64,000 bases of DNA, from NCBI GenBank assembly GCA_050013375.1, contig JBEKFK010000001.1:5051-69050 (forward strand). Reading direction: 5' to 3'. Below the pieces are notes generated by a model that had not been told where the DNA came from, ran no database searches, and saw nothing but the letters and a program-made list of their open reading frames with translations. The position numbers were made by a program, and so were the translations under genes. This DNA comes from Nitrososphaerales archaeon (GTDB lineage: Archaea > Thermoproteota > Nitrososphaeria > Nitrososphaerales > Gagatemarchaeaceae). This document shows positions 35,569-44,088 of the stretch, piece after piece. Within the stretch, counting starts at the first letter, position 1. Each line of letters begins with the position of its first letter.

Positions 35569-36816
35569 ATGCCGGAAATGATAACCGAGAAGCAAAATCA
35601 CACTCGCAGGAATCTTGTTGCGGCGGTCATCCTGGTGCTGGTCGTGGTTTCGGGGGTCGTCTACTTCAGCGGACTCGGACAGACGACCGGAGCGAGCGGC
35701 TCGACGATAGCCTCCCTCCAGAGCTCGATCTCGAGCCTGCAGAGCACGGACAGCGCCCTGAATTCGCAGCTCTCCGCCCTGAGCGCCACGTCGGGCAACA
35801 CTTCGCTCACGGGGATCAACCCTGAGGCGATCTACTCCACGGACAACCGGAGCATCGTGACGATACAGGGAAGCGCCCTCGTGACGACGAGCACGATCTT
35901 CGGATCGGTCTCCTCGGTCGAGACCGTCCTAGGGTCGGGCTTCGTCATCTCGTATTCGGGCGCATACTACATAGTGACGAATTTCCACGTCGTGAACGGA
36001 TTCACGAACATGACGGTAACCTTCTCGGACGGCAACGCGTATCCTCTCAAGGTCGTCGGAACGGACCCGTACAGCGACCTCGCGGTCGTGAGCGTCTCCT
36101 CCGCACCGGCGAGCGAGTACGCTCCGCTCCAGATCATCTCCTCATCGGGTGTCGTCGTGGGCGAACCGGTGGTTGTGATCGGGAATCCCTACGGCCTCGC
36201 GAACTCGATGACCTTTGGCATTGTGAGCCAGCTGGGGAGGACAATCCAGGAGGCGACGACCGGCAACTTCTCGATCTCGGGCGTGATACAGTTCAGCGCT
36301 CCGATAAACCCCGGAAACTCCGGTGGCCCGCTGCTTGACAAGAACGGGAACGTCATAGGCATCACGACTGCCGTGGTCAACGGCTCTCAGGGGCTCGGGT
36401 TTGCCATACCGTCCAGCACCATCCTCCGCGAACTGCAGCCGCTGATCACCTCGGGCACCTACACGGCGCACCCCTACCTGGGGATAACCGGCGCCGACAT
36501 GAACTACCAGCTCGCCCAGGCGTCCGGAACCAACGTGACATATGGCGTCCTCGTAGAGAGCGTGATCTCCGGCGGTCCAGCGAGCAAGGCGGGGCTCGTG
36601 GCAGGCACGAAGTCGGTCACCGTCGACGGGAGCCAGTACCTCGTCGGAGGGGACGTCATAGTTTCGATCAACGGCGCGAAGATCGTCAACGAAGACGCGC
36701 TGTCGACGTACCTCGAGCAGAACACCTCGGCCGGCCAGACCGTCCAGGTCGGGATCATCAGTTCAGGACACCTCTCGACCGTGTCCGTGACCCTCGGGAG
36801 CAGGCCGGCGCCATAG
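35569..36816 (+). CDS. HtrA/DegP-family serine protease, N-terminal membrane anchor, one PDZ domain
   Basis: TM helix LVAAVILVLVVVSGVVYF; catalytic triad TNFHVV / SDLAVV / GNSGGPL; C-terminal PDZ-like region (GVLVESVISGGPASKAGL). Confidence 0.9.
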   Translation: MPEMITEKQNHTRRNLVAAVILVLVVVSGVVYFSGLGQTTGASGSTIASLQSSISSLQSTDSALNSQLSALSATSGNTSLTGINPEAIYSTDNRSIVTIQGSALVTTSTIFGSVSSVETVLGSGFVISYSGAYYIVTNFHVVNGFTNMTVTFSDGNAYPLKVVGTDPYSDLAVVSVSSAPASEYAPLQIISSSGVVVGEPVVVIGNPYGLANSMTFGIVSQLGRTIQEATTGNFSISGVIQFSAPINPGNSGGPLLDKNGNVIGITTAVVNGSQGLGFAIPSSTILRELQPLITSGTYTAHPYLGITGADMNYQLAQASGTNVTYGVLVESVISGGPASKAGLVAGTKSVTVDGSQYLVGGDVIVSINGAKIVNEDALSTYLEQNTSAGQTVQVGIISSGHLSTVSVTLGSRPAP

Positions 36817-37203
36817 CCGGTCAGGGAACCGCCATTGGCGACACCCACCCGCAAGACGGAGGGCAGAACGGCCGACCGCGAGACGTACCGCGACGGAGCG
36901 GCGACGCTTTCGACCGGCTCGCCTTGTGGCTCTCCGCCGGCAGCACAGGGGCGTACAAGGCTGTTCCTCCTTCCCCAAATGAGAAGAGGGCCCAGGAGTG
37001 CGAAGCTGATCTCGCGCGACCCGGAGTTCAACTTCACGACGATGCGGCACATTATCAAAAGTCCCGGAGGCGAACGGGCCCGTGACTGCTGAGGGAGGAG
37101 ACTACGGGAGGGAATACTTGGTCTCAGAGCCGACGGACTCCCAGTGGGGGAAGTTGGAGGCTATCAATAAGAGGAAGCCGGGGCGCAAGGAGAGGGCCGG
37201 GAA

Positions 37204-37653
37204 TTGACCAGCGAGCCACCCAGGAAACGCTCGTACGTGCAGAAGCTGTGGGTCCCGGTAGTCATCGTCATCGGGCTGGCGCTCGGAGAGTCAATATCGA
37301 TATTGAGCACGGGCTCGGAGAGGTATGGGCCGCCGCGGGGGGACTTCGGATACTTCCCCCACCTCCAGACCGACCCGGTGCTGCAGACACACATAGTCCT
37401 GACCACGGTAGAGGTCGCACTACTGCTCGCCCTTATGACAATCTACGTCCGGATGTACGTGCAGACCCGGGCGAGCTTCTCTCTCGGTCTCGTGGTGATG
37501 CTCGTCGCGCTTCTCGTCGAGGCGCTGGTCTCCTATCCACTGTTGATCGGCTACTACGGACCCGTCTCCCTCGAACCCGGGCTCTCCAGCCCGTCAGCAG
37601 ACGTCTTCACTGTCTGCGCCTACGCGGTCTTCCTCTACCTCAGTCTCGAGTGA
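37204..37653 (+). CDS. hypothetical membrane protein
   Basis: 149 aa with a TTG start and 4 hydrophobic helices. Confidence 0.6.
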   Translation: MTSEPPRKRSYVQKLWVPVVIVIGLALGESISILSTGSERYGPPRGDFGYFPHLQTDPVLQTHIVLTTVEVALLLALMTIYVRMYVQTRASFSLGLVVMLVALLVEALVSYPLLIGYYGPVSLEPGLSSPSADVFTVCAYAVFLYLSLE

Positions 37654-37787
37654 CACGAGAACGGGAGCGTCCCCCGACCACACGGTGCCTCTCCAGAGGA
37701 GACGCGGCGGGAACGGCGCAGCACGGCTACTCCAACACCCCGCTATCGCGGATAAATAGGAGCCGATTGCCCCAAAAATAACAGAGA

Positions 37788-38366
37788 ATGGCCCGGACGA
37801 ATATCTCGGTCGACCAGAGCGTCTTCGACGCATTCTCAGCCGAAGCCGGCAGGCAGAACAAGACGCTCTTTGCGTTCGCCAACGAATCGCTCTCGGTCGT
37901 CACCAAGGTCGCCTCTGAAGGAGGGAGCCCCGCTGACCTGTACAGCATGTGGCGCTCCGTGACCCTCCTGAAGCAGTTCGACGTTATCACGCTCCCGGCG
38001 GACTTCGTTGACGACGTCACGGCCGAGCTCTACGCGGCCCACAAGGAGGCCACGCTGAAGAGGTTCGGCGAGATAGGCAGCAGGTTCGTTACGGTGCTCA
38101 AGATCTTCGCCCCGGAACTGACCGACCTCACGGCAGTAGAGAAGGACTTCAGAGGGCTCCTCCCGATCAAGCAGCTCGCCATCAAGGATCAGGGAAAGGG
38201 GACCCTCGAGATCGACGTAGTGGGGGCGGGGAGGAGGATCGAGTCCACAGAGTGCGCGCGCGAGTTCCTCATTGCCATCGTCAGGGGCTACGGCTACTCG
38301 GTCACAAGGCAGGAGACGAACATCGGGACCATACGCCTATGGGTCACGTCGAGGGGCCTTCCCTAG
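37788..38366 (+). CDS. hypothetical protein with RHH-like N-terminus
   Basis: 192 aa. ARTNISVDQSVFDAFSAEAGRQNKTLFAFANESL fits a strand-helix-helix pattern. The C-terminal domain was not recognised. Confidence 0.6.
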   Translation: MARTNISVDQSVFDAFSAEAGRQNKTLFAFANESLSVVTKVASEGGSPADLYSMWRSVTLLKQFDVITLPADFVDDVTAELYAAHKEATLKRFGEIGSRFVTVLKIFAPELTDLTAVEKDFRGLLPIKQLAIKDQGKGTLEIDVVGAGRRIESTECAREFLIAIVRGYGYSVTRQETNIGTIRLWVTSRGLP

Positions 38367-38519
38367 AATCTCAGACCCCCGCGCGGGCCACTTGGTTTGG
38401 GTGGATTTCTATTAATCGTAATAAGTGATTAATAACAATAAAATTCTGTCACTATGATACGAATGTGAATTAGACAAAGAGCAGAATTAAATATCCAAAC
38501 CCTAAGCGGGGGCGCACAC

Positions 38520-40130
38520 TTGAAGATCTCTGCATTCAAGGTCGGCAATTATCGAAGTCTACGGGAAGTATCACTCGACAAGCTTGGCAACCTCAACCTC
38601 CTGATAGGGAGGAACAGCGGGGGGAAATCGAACATCCTGGAAGCCATGAGCCTATTCTTCTCCGAATTCGAGCCGGTCAAGGGAACGACCACCGGGCTGA
38701 ACGAGTACTTCTGGTACAAGGGGTCGACTAGGCCGATCACGTTCGAGGTCACCCTCGAACTGGAGGGAGACAAGCCCGCGGGGCTATCACCGGAGGACCA
38801 GGCCTTCCTCAACGCCGTCTTCGGGAAGGCCCTGCCACCGACCCTGAAGATTACACGCTCACTGTTGAACGTGCAGGGCGCGTGGAAGACCGACGGCATG
38901 GTCTGGGGAACCACAACCTTGGTCAAGGATGACGCGCTTCAGCTCTCGCCCAATCTCAAGATAGACTCCCCGACCCTGGACAGAATCCTCCGCATCATCT
39001 CGACGCTTGTCAAGAACAAGTACAGGCTGGTGGGTGCCGGCAGGGACGCGAAGGGCGGGGACAGGTTCAGGACCACCCTCCTGGACGAGAATACCCAGAG
39101 CCGCCTGTGGACGCTCCAGCAGAGCACCACGGCCCAGGACGAGGAAAGGTACAGCGAGTTCGAGGAGGCGTTCTCCGACCTCACATCATTCCGGCTGGAC
39201 CCGGCACAGGCCCGGCTCATGGTGAAGAAGGACAGCAAGAGGTTCCCCCTCGGCCTAGAGGGCGGCGGAACCCAGGGTACCGCCAACCTCCTCTTCACCG
39301 CCCTGGTGGAGAGCGACGACACCACGGTCTTGGGCATCGAGGAGCCGGAGAGCCACGGGCACCCCGGGCTGCAAAGGAGACTCTGCCGTGAGATAGAGAA
39401 GATCAGCCTCGACAGGCAGGTCTTCATCACGACGCACTCTCCAGTCCTGGTTGACGCCGCCCGGGGCGGCACGACCTGGCTCGTCGACTACTCGGACGGG
39501 CAGACGCGGGTGGTTCGGGCCGACGAGTTCGAAGGAGTGCTCCGCGACCTCGGCGCGAGGCCGGGTGACGTGCTCTTCAGCGACAGCGTCGTCTTCGTCG
39601 AACGAAGTTCAGAGAAGATAGTCCTGGAGGCTTTTGCCCGGAAACTGGGGATCGACCTGGCCCACGTCTGGATAGTCCCGGTCAGGGGGATGGGGAACTC
39701 ATCGGTCACCCTGGAGGCGGCCGTCCTCTCCGCGAACAAGGTTGTCCCGACGTTCGTGATCCTGGGCTCTGAAGCGACCGCGCAGGCCGCGCAGCTGGTC
39801 GACGGCAAGTCCATCACCAAGCAGCAGGTCCACGTCTGGAAGTCGGGCTCGATTGATGCCTACTACCCCGTGGACACGCTGAGGGATGCGTTTCAGGCCA
39901 TAAGCACGCGCTACTCGTTCAACCTCAACGTGAACAAGTACGTCCAGGAGGTTCAGGACGGGAAGGTCCACCCGAACGAGATCGACATCGGCGACAAGGT
40001 CAAGCAGCTCGAGTCGTCCTGGGAGACGGCGTTAGCGGTGGAGGTCGCGAAGGGGCTGGAGAAGAGCCAGTCAGAGCCGTCGACCGAGATCAGGGACACA
40101 CTGCTCGCGGCCACATCACCGCCGGCCTGA
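38520..40130 (+). CDS. fused ABC-type ATPase / Toprim-like protein (OLD-family / DUF4435-type)
   Basis: The TTG start gives MKISAFKVGNYRSL. Walker A GRNSGGKSN, signature-like LEGGGTQG, Walker B VLGIEEPESHGHP, FITTHSP. The C-terminal VVFVERSSEKIVLEAF...IVPVRGMGN...FVILGSEAT...GSIDAYYP has a Toprim-like order. Confidence 0.8.
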   Translation: MKISAFKVGNYRSLREVSLDKLGNLNLLIGRNSGGKSNILEAMSLFFSEFEPVKGTTTGLNEYFWYKGSTRPITFEVTLELEGDKPAGLSPEDQAFLNAVFGKALPPTLKITRSLLNVQGAWKTDGMVWGTTTLVKDDALQLSPNLKIDSPTLDRILRIISTLVKNKYRLVGAGRDAKGGDRFRTTLLDENTQSRLWTLQQSTTAQDEERYSEFEEAFSDLTSFRLDPAQARLMVKKDSKRFPLGLEGGGTQGTANLLFTALVESDDTTVLGIEEPESHGHPGLQRRLCREIEKISLDRQVFITTHSPVLVDAARGGTTWLVDYSDGQTRVVRADEFEGVLRDLGARPGDVLFSDSVVFVERSSEKIVLEAFARKLGIDLAHVWIVPVRGMGNSSVTLEAAVLSANKVVPTFVILGSEATAQAAQLVDGKSITKQQVHVWKSGSIDAYYPVDTLRDAFQAISTRYSFNLNVNKYVQEVQDGKVHPNEIDIGDKVKQLESSWETALAVEVAKGLEKSQSEPSTEIRDTLLAATSPPA

Positions 40131-40202
40131 GCTTCGCCTTCATCCCGCGGGCCGGGTGAGCAGTTATATGCCGTACCCGGCGCGAAACGGCGTCAGATTG
40201 CC

Positions 40203-41171
40203 TTGGCCGTTCTCATAACCGGAGGTACCGGACAGATCGGGAGCTTCCTCTGCCAGAGCCTGCTGCGCTCCGGCGAGGAGGTGATAATCTACGACGTCAA
40301 GCCTAACATGGAAAACATCAAGGGCTTCAAGGACCGCGTCAGGCTCGTCGAGGGGGACATACTCGACAGGAACCAGGTGGTTGAGACCATCCGCAACCAC
40401 GGGGTCAAGACCGTATACCACCTGGCGGCGGTCGTTGTGATCGAGTCGCGGGAGAACCCTGTCAAGTCCGCCAGCGTGAACTGTCTGGGCACGGCCAACG
40501 TCTTCGAGGCGAGCAGACTCGCTGAAGTCGAGAGGGTGGTCTTCACAAGCTCCTCGGCTGTGATCGGAAGACCCGACAGCTACCAGAAGAGCGTGGTGAC
40601 CGAGGACGATGTCCCGCACTGCCCGCCCGACCCCTATTCTGCCACCAAGATCATGAACGAGGTCTTTGGGCAGCACTACTACAGCAGGTTCGGCCTGAAG
40701 ACCCTCTGCCTGAGGATCTCTGCCGGCTGGGGTCCCGGAAGGTACGTCGGGTTCACAGGCGTCTTCAACGATATGATCCGCAAGCTCGCCCGGGGAGAGC
40801 CCGCATCGCTCCCCCAGGACTTCGCCTATGCGAAGGCACCGCTCCGGTGGGTCTATGTGGAGGAGCTGGGGGACTGCCTCGCCTTCGCGGGAAGGGTCGA
40901 CGAGGCCAAGATCCGCAGGAGGCTCTACAACGTGGGTACGAGGCGCCCTTTCACTCCCGTCGAATTCGTCGCAACGCTCAGGCAGATACTCCCCGACGCG
41001 AAGCTCCAGGCGGAATGGCGCGAAACGCCCACTGAGAGCGCCCTCAACGTGGCTGGACCGTCAGGGCTCGACTTCGACTGCACGAGGTTCTACGACGAGC
41101 TGGGGTACAAGGAGACCCTGGGCCTCAGGGAATCACTCGAGCGGGCGATCGCATTCGAGCGAGCGGCCTAG
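40203..41171 (+). CDS. NAD-dependent epimerase/dehydratase (extended SDR)
   Basis: VLITGGTGQIGSFL and catalytic YSATK (YxxxK); 322 aa. Confidence 0.85.
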   Translation: MAVLITGGTGQIGSFLCQSLLRSGEEVIIYDVKPNMENIKGFKDRVRLVEGDILDRNQVVETIRNHGVKTVYHLAAVVVIESRENPVKSASVNCLGTANVFEASRLAEVERVVFTSSSAVIGRPDSYQKSVVTEDDVPHCPPDPYSATKIMNEVFGQHYYSRFGLKTLCLRISAGWGPGRYVGFTGVFNDMIRKLARGEPASLPQDFAYAKAPLRWVYVEELGDCLAFAGRVDEAKIRRRLYNVGTRRPFTPVEFVATLRQILPDAKLQAEWRETPTESALNVAGPSGLDFDCTRFYDELGYKETLGLRESLERAIAFERAA

Positions 41172-41316
41172 GTCTTCGACGCCCCAGGGACTCTCTCGCT
41201 CCTCGCTTGTCCCGAGCCGACGGGGAGACCCAAATCCACCGTCAGGGTGCGATCCACCATAGGCTGGTTTATCTCTCCCCCTTTCGACGATTCTCAAGGA
41301 GGACCAGAGGGTCAGA

Positions 41317-43155
41317 TTGGCTAGCGAACAACCAGGCATCAGCCCCCCTCTGAAGCCGGCCTTCATCGGGGCGCCGGCCAAGGCAGGAGCGCGACCGAAC
41401 CTCCCGATCTTCTCCATCATCGATTCCATCGACTTCACGGACCACTTCGTGATCGTCGGCGACGTCGGGACCGGGAAGAGCACGGTGACCCCCATCCACG
41501 AGTTCGAGGTCTACAAGAGGGCCAGACAGATCGTGATCCGCGAGCCATCGAGGGCCGCGTGCAACGCCCTCTACTACTCGCTTCAGGCCCTCCATCCCGA
41601 GGTGAAGGAGGAGCTGGCGGTGATCACCAAGGACACCAAGATCAACATCGACGGGCGGATCAAGATCGTGACCGACGGCGTCCTGCTCAGGATGCTGGCC
41701 GAGGACTCGATCTTCGAATCCTCGATCTACTTCGACGAGAGCCATCAGATGTCCTCCCAGCTTGAGCTCTGCATGTCCCTCGCCAAGAGGGAGGAGGCCA
41801 GGGCGCGGAACCTATTCAGGGTCATGAGCGCCACTATCGACCCAAAGGAGTTCCTCTCGTTCCTGGGAATCTCCAAGCTCTACACGCTGAGCGGCCGCAG
41901 GTATCCTGTCAGGCTGGAGGTGGAGCTCGCGGAGGACTTCGAGGAGATGCAGCGAATCCTGTCGCTCTACCTCTTCCAGCAGCCCCCAAACGAGTCCTGG
42001 CTGGTCTTCCTGCCCACACGGCGCCTCGTGGAGAAGTACGCCGGGACCTACAGGGGGACCTTCATCCACGGCGGTCTGGTGGGCTCTGAGATCAACAAAA
42101 TCCAGGAGAGGGCGGAGCGCGACAAGAACCTGAAGATATTCGCGACGAACGTCATTGCCTCCTCGGTGAACATCTACGTCGACAACGTGCTAATCCTCAA
42201 CGAGGTGATCGACGGCAAGGACAAGCTGGGGGAGAAGTCCCTCCACTACAAGAAGGTAGACAACAACACGCTGCTGCAGATGATAGGGAGGATAGGCCGC
42301 TTCAAGCCCGGCCGCGCCGTGATCATCTCCGACACTCAGATCCCCAAGAAGATCGATCCCGTTCCCGTGCGCAAGGCGCTCGAGACCGAGACGCCGTTCG
42401 ACCTGGTCCTCCTGATGTCGAAGTACGGCCTCAAGCTCGGGGAGCTCGAGTTCATGTCGAGGGTGGACCCCCGCGAGGTCGCCTTCGCCGAGAACTGGCT
42501 GATCGAGATCGGGGCGATAGACCGTCTCACGCGCAAGATCACCTGGAAGGGACTTCTGATGAGCGAGATCCCCTACGACCCAGACTTCGCGCACATGATA
42601 TCCAGCGCTATCATCTCGGACGACTACGAAATGGCCAGGTACCTTCTGGCAAGCGGCTCGTTCGGCGACTCGCTCAACCACGCCTACAAGACCGAGCTTG
42701 AGGGGGTCGCCCGCGAGTTCCTGTACGGCTACGACCGGTCCAACGAGCTCAACATCAAGGCGAACCTCCTCAAGGGCTACTCGAACAACGCCGACGGCGC
42801 GTTCACAGCGAGGCTCGTAGCGAACGGCATCTTCCCGGGTTTCGTGGACGAGGCCTGGAAGAACTACCAGGCCGCGAGGGACGCCCTGAACGACCTTCTC
42901 CTATCCTCGGAGGAGGAGCCCATACCGGAGAAGGTGGTCTCGGACCTCTACGTCTTCAAGCTCAGGCCCTACCTGGAGGACTGCCTCTCGTTCGAGAAGT
43001 TCGGCCTGCACGAGAAGAACGAGCACAACCTTCGTGACATGATCATCGAAGGGCCGTTCTTCGCCAGGTCGCTGACGATAAACTACAGGCGCATCCTCTT
43101 CGACATCATCGCCATGAACCCCCCGAAGAAGCACCGCCACGGAAGAAGGCGCTGA
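41317..43155 (+). CDS. SF2 DExH-box (DEAH/RHA-like) helicase with HA2-like region
   Basis: Motif I GDVGTGKST, II FDESH, III MSAT, FLPT, V ATNVIASSVNI, VI QMIGRIGR. A downstream winged-helix/ratchet-like segment follows (PFDLVLLMSKYGLKLGELEFMSRVDPREVAFAENWLIEIGAID), then a basic tail KKHRHGRRR. Confidence 0.8.
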   Translation: MASEQPGISPPLKPAFIGAPAKAGARPNLPIFSIIDSIDFTDHFVIVGDVGTGKSTVTPIHEFEVYKRARQIVIREPSRAACNALYYSLQALHPEVKEELAVITKDTKINIDGRIKIVTDGVLLRMLAEDSIFESSIYFDESHQMSSQLELCMSLAKREEARARNLFRVMSATIDPKEFLSFLGISKLYTLSGRRYPVRLEVELAEDFEEMQRILSLYLFQQPPNESWLVFLPTRRLVEKYAGTYRGTFIHGGLVGSEINKIQERAERDKNLKIFATNVIASSVNIYVDNVLILNEVIDGKDKLGEKSLHYKKVDNNTLLQMIGRIGRFKPGRAVIISDTQIPKKIDPVPVRKALETETPFDLVLLMSKYGLKLGELEFMSRVDPREVAFAENWLIEIGAIDRLTRKITWKGLLMSEIPYDPDFAHMISSAIISDDYEMARYLLASGSFGDSLNHAYKTELEGVAREFLYGYDRSNELNIKANLLKGYSNNADGAFTARLVANGIFPGFVDEAWKNYQAARDALNDLLLSSEEEPIPEKVVSDLYVFKLRPYLEDCLSFEKFGLHEKNEHNLRDMIIEGPFFARSLTINYRRILFDIIAMNPPKKHRHGRRR

Positions 43156-43175
43156 CCCTCTAATTCCCTCGACGA

Positions 43176-43187
43176 ATAAATAAATAT
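43176..43187 (+). promoter_or_regulatory. TATA-like box ATAAATAAATAT
   Basis: It lies ~25-30 nt upstream of the ATG at 43211. Confidence 0.35.
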
Positions 43188-43210
43188 CACGCGAGAACCC
43201 GGCCCAATTC

Positions 43211-44053
43211 ATGAAGACGACTGTCGGAAGGCCGATCCAGGTGGGGGACGTCCTCTCAAAGGGCGTGGATCTCATCAGGAAGAACCCCGCACTCATGATT
43301 CCGCAGGCCATAATCCTGGTCCTCTCTCTCGCCACGGACGCCGTGGGCGCGTCCAGTCTGAGCCTCGTCCGAATCGCCCTCTCGATAGTCTCGGGCGTGG
43401 TCTCTGTCATTGTCCTAGGAGCATATCCGTCTATGGTCCAGGCCGTGCTCGGCGGCGGCCAGATCTCCGTTAGCGACTCAATGGGAAAGGCGTTCCACAG
43501 ATTCTGGACGCTCCTCTTTGCGGGCATCCTGGTGGGCCTCATCGTGGCTCTCGGACTGGTTGCGTTGGTAGTTCCCGGAGTCATATTCATCACCTGGTAC
43601 GCCTACTTTGTCCCCGCGATAATGCTGGAGGACAAAGGCGTCCTCGCGGGCATGGGTGCGAGCAAGGCCTTCGGCCGCGACAAGAAGTGGAGCACCTTCA
43701 GCATAGGGATAATCATCGCAATCGTCACTCTGGTCGCCTATGCCTTCGGCGCTGCTGTCGGTCTGTCGTCGGCGATTGCCGGCCAGGTCCTCTACTCGTT
43801 CCTCTCGGTTCCCCTTGAAGCCTGGGTAGCCGTGTGCCTAGCGTACGCGTACATCACATACGGGCCGTCATCCGTCCCCCAGACGACCGAGATTCCGGGC
43901 TATGCAGTGCCGCCGCCCTCCCCAATTCAGGGCCAGACTCCCACGATTGTCCCCACGTCCGCTGCCGCTCCCCAGAAGAACTTCTGCAGGAACTGCGGCT
44001 CGCCCATCCAGCCCGACTCCAAGTTCTGCAGCAACTGTGGAGCCACCGTGTGA
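43211..44053 (+). CDS. polytopic membrane protein with C-terminal zinc ribbon
   Basis: 280 aa with about 5-6 TM helices, a P-rich linker, then FCRNCGSPIQPDSKFCSNCGATV. Confidence 0.7.
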   Translation: MKTTVGRPIQVGDVLSKGVDLIRKNPALMIPQAIILVLSLATDAVGASSLSLVRIALSIVSGVVSVIVLGAYPSMVQAVLGGGQISVSDSMGKAFHRFWTLLFAGILVGLIVALGLVALVVPGVIFITWYAYFVPAIMLEDKGVLAGMGASKAFGRDKKWSTFSIGIIIAIVTLVAYAFGAAVGLSSAIAGQVLYSFLSVPLEAWVAVCLAYAYITYGPSSVPQTTEIPGYAVPPPSPIQGQTPTIVPTSAAAPQKNFCRNCGSPIQPDSKFCSNCGATV

Positions 44054-44088
44054 CGAGAGGGATCGCAACAGGACCCGGCGGCATGATT

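Noticed and set aside
38394-38501. The 7-bp inverted repeat GGTTTGG/CCAAACC as terminal inverted repeats of a MITE.
   Set aside because: The repeat is only 7 bp and cannot be extended. No target-site duplication or second copy was seen in the window, so chance occurrence is plausible.
38520-43155. Calling the OLD-like ATPase plus helicase a Gabija system.
   Set aside because: GajB is a UvrD-like SF1 helicase encoded immediately next to GajA. Here the helicase is SF2 DExH/HA2-type, separated by an epimerase gene, and the Toprim DxD motif is missing.
43174-43190. The AT-rich GAATAAATAAATATCAC as the right border of an inserted element.
   Set aside because: It sits 25-30 nt upstream of the ATG at 43211, so it is fully explained as that gene's TATA box.
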